Shown: in pieces, positions 37,032-38,777 of the stretch | How the letters are laid out: each line of letters opens with the position of its first letter | How positions within the stretch are numbered: the stretch's first letter is position 1 | Source: Bacillota bacterium | GTDB lineage: Bacteria; Bacillota; Clostridia; Saccharofermentanales; DTU023 | NCBI GenBank assembly: GCA_035654855.1 | Contig: DASRVY010000028.1 | Span: 1 to 38,777, forward strand | DNA length: 38,777 bases | Direction: 5' to 3' | Program-made: the position numbers and the translations under genes | The notes under the pieces: model-generated | Told to the model about the DNA's origin: nothing | Seen by the model: only the letters and a program-made list of their open reading frames with translations | Database searches by the model: none

Positions 37032-38186
37032 TTACCAAAAGGCATCAAATGTATCAATATTTTTTATTTCTTCAAGCTCCGCGCCTGTCATGTGTGCAAT
37101 CTCATCGAGCCTGTCTTCGCCGCTGGGGGATAAAAAAGTTACCGCAATGCCATGTTTGCCTGCTCGGCCGGTTCGTCCTATGCGGTGAATATAATTCTCA
37201 TTTTCTAAGGGAAGATCGTAGTTAAATATGACATCAACATTGTCAATATCCAGTCCCCTGGAAGCGACGTCAGTGGCTACCAGAATATGTAAATTGCCCT
37301 TGCGGAATTTACTTAAAATGCGCTCTCTTTGATTTTGTCTGATATCGCCATGGATGGCTGCGGCATTGATTTTTTCGTCGCGCAGTTTCTTGGCCACCAT
37401 ATCTGCCGATTGTTTAGTATTTACGAAAACGATACCCCTGTCCAGCCCCGCTTTAATGAGAATCTTCTTGACGGCGATAATCCGTTCAGCGCCATTGGCA
37501 TGGAGCACGAATTCCTTAATATTGGGCTTATCTTGTCCTATTTCCTCTATGGTTATCTCTACCGGTTCTCTTTGATAGATATATGAAATGTCCATAACCG
37601 CTCGAGAAAAAGTAGCTGAGAACATGGAGATTTGTGATACACGCGGCATTTTATCGAGGATATAGCGAACATCACTGACAAAGCCCATATCGAGCATACG
37701 GTCTGCTTCATCCAGCACAACGCTCTCGACCTGACCCAAACGCAGATGGCGCCTCTTGAGCATGTCGATTAAACGTCCCGGTGTACCAACAATTATTTGA
37801 GGTTTTCTGTTAAGAGCATTTATTTGGGTGCGGATAGCCTGCCCTCCGTAGATTACAGCTACCTCGGCCCAAGGCCTGGAGATGGCAAGTTGAGAGAGAT
37901 CTTCGCCTATTTGCAAAGCCAGCTCTCGGGTAGGGGCGAGAATCAGAGCTTGAGCAGATCGATGATTTTTTTCGAGATGTTCCATGATGGGGATGCCGAA
38001 TGCCAAGGTTTTGCCGGTACCTGTCGGGGCTTTGGCCATAACATCATACCAATCTAACATAGGCGGGATTGCTTCTAACTGTATTGTCGTAGGTTTAGAA
38101 AAACCCATGCGGGACAGCATTTCTAAAGTAGGTTTAGACAGATTAAATTGTTCAAACCCAGATATTGGTGAGTTGTTTTTATTCAT
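37032..38186 (-). CDS. DEAD-box ATP-dependent RNA helicase (core only, no C-terminal extension)
   Basis: Q-motif region (GFSKPTTIQ), motif I APTGTGKTLAF, PTRELA, TPGRL, motif II VLDEADRMLD, SAT, and motif VI HRIGRTGRAG. Confidence 0.92.
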   Translation of the reverse strand: MNKNNSPISGFEQFNLSKPTLEMLSRMGFSKPTTIQLEAIPPMLDWYDVMAKAPTGTGKTLAFGIPIMEHLEKNHRSAQALILAPTRELALQIGEDLSQLAISRPWAEVAVIYGGQAIRTQINALNRKPQIIVGTPGRLIDMLKRRHLRLGQVESVVLDEADRMLDMGFVSDVRYILDKMPRVSQISMFSATFSRAVMDISYIYQREPVEITIEEIGQDKPNIKEFVLHANGAERIIAVKKILIKAGLDRGIVFVNTKQSADMVAKKLRDEKINAAAIHGDIRQNQRERILSKFRKGNLHILVATDVASRGLDIDNVDVIFNYDLPLENENYIHRIGRTGRAGKHGIAVTFLSPSGEDRLDEIAHMTGAELEEIKNIDTFDAFW

Positions 38187-38291
38187 GGTTCCATGATATC
38201 AGATAGCGGTACTGCTGACAGTACTTTGATTTTGCTGTGCCAAAACACTGTCTTTATGAAAGTCCGAGATTTTTATCAGCGTTAAGATGTC

Positions 38292-38672
38292 TCAATGTGT
38301 CAAATCAAGATGTTTTGCGTTGTATAAAGCTCTAGCTTTTTTCTCCGCAATTGAAAAAATACTGACCGGATTAATCTCTAAAACCATCATCAATTGCAGT
38401 ACCTTAAAGCTGTTTCTCCAAATCTTGCCTTTTTCGATCTCACATATATAAGATGTGGAAACGTCGATTTCAGCTGCCATATCAATTTGTCGAAAACCTG
38501 CCTCATTTCTCCTGTAACGAATCAGGTCGCCGACAAAAATCCCAATTGTCTTTAGATATACCTCTCGCAAATCGCTGTCGATCTTTTCACGTTTCTCTTC
38601 AATCAGATTGGAAATGAATCCTTTGTATTCTTGATCGATCCGGTAATAATCAAGCATAGTATCCATATTCAA
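38292..38672 (-). CDS. XRE-family helix-turn-helix transcriptional regulator (126 aa)
   Basis: The central HTH_3-like segment is IRYRRNEAGFRQIDMAAEIDVSTSYICEIEKGKIWRNSFKVLQLMMVLEINP. It is preceded by an N-terminal segment of about 45 aa with unknown function. Confidence 0.7.
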   Translation of the reverse strand: MNMDTMLDYYRIDQEYKGFISNLIEEKREKIDSDLREVYLKTIGIFVGDLIRYRRNEAGFRQIDMAAEIDVSTSYICEIEKGKIWRNSFKVLQLMMVLEINPVSIFSIAEKKARALYNAKHLDLTH

Positions 38673-38692
38673 CCTCCTCTATTTTTGTCCCC

Positions 38693-38713
38693 GCAAGGCA
38701 GTGATAGCCTTGC
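38693..38713 (-). promoter_or_regulatory. perfect inverted repeat upstream of the XRE gene (operator or 5' UTR hairpin candidate)
   Basis: GCAAGGC-N7-GCCTTGC lies 21-41 nt upstream of the ATG at 38672. Confidence 0.3.
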
Positions 38714-38777
38714 AGCGAGTATAAAACAACCCTTATCCATTGAAATCCGGACTTACAGCGATTATTGTTGTTAGTAT

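Noticed and set aside
1-38777. A search for CRISPR arrays, IS/transposase or integrase genes, long direct or inverted repeats, toxin-antitoxin pairs and defence-system hallmarks (nucleases, methyltransferase/restriction pairs, STAND or AAA+ ATPases).
   Set aside because: I did not see any. Every ORF over 100 aa is accounted for by housekeeping, transport or metabolic functions, apart from one orphan membrane protein. The DEAD-box helicase has the standard RNA-helicase motif set and no nuclease partner in the window.

Overview
This is a chromosomal, mostly housekeeping segment of a Bacillota (Clostridia-like) genome; GC looks mid-40s % by eye and the genetic code is standard. I support 33 protein-coding genes and found no rRNA, tRNA, CRISPR array, transposase/integrase or prophage signature. 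The plus-strand block (1-21405) runs: acyl-CoA ligase (partial), YihY/BrkB, trpS, two tandem EamA/DMT transporters, a 59-aa CXXC micro-ORF missing from the ORF track, a membrane polyferredoxin, an EF-G paralog, a CNNM/CorC protein, a PpiC-type foldase, rpoB, rpoC, dsdA and an ATC-hydrolase-like protein. The minus-strand block (21622-34092) runs upstream to downstream: azlC-azlD; a complete aspartate-to-threonine operon (aspartate kinase, asd, hom, thrC, thrB); the conserved Firmicute cluster cysS-mrnC-rlmB-sigH; and an orphan membrane-anchored protein. The window ends with a MATE transporter, an FAD oxidoreductase, a DEAD-box helicase and an XRE regulator. I see no convincing defence island or mobile system. 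The items most worth follow-up are: (1) an unclassified GC-rich structured RNA leader upstream of cysS that lacks T-box signatures; (2) an EF-G paralog whose catalytic histidine is replaced (DTPGD instead of DTPGH); (3) the unannotated CXXC micro-protein coupled to a NapH-like polyferredoxin; (4) an orphan 451-aa lipoprotein-like gene co-transcribed with sigH; and (5) rpoBC separated from its usual ribosomal-protein neighbours. All functional calls come from reading motifs in the translations, not from database searches.
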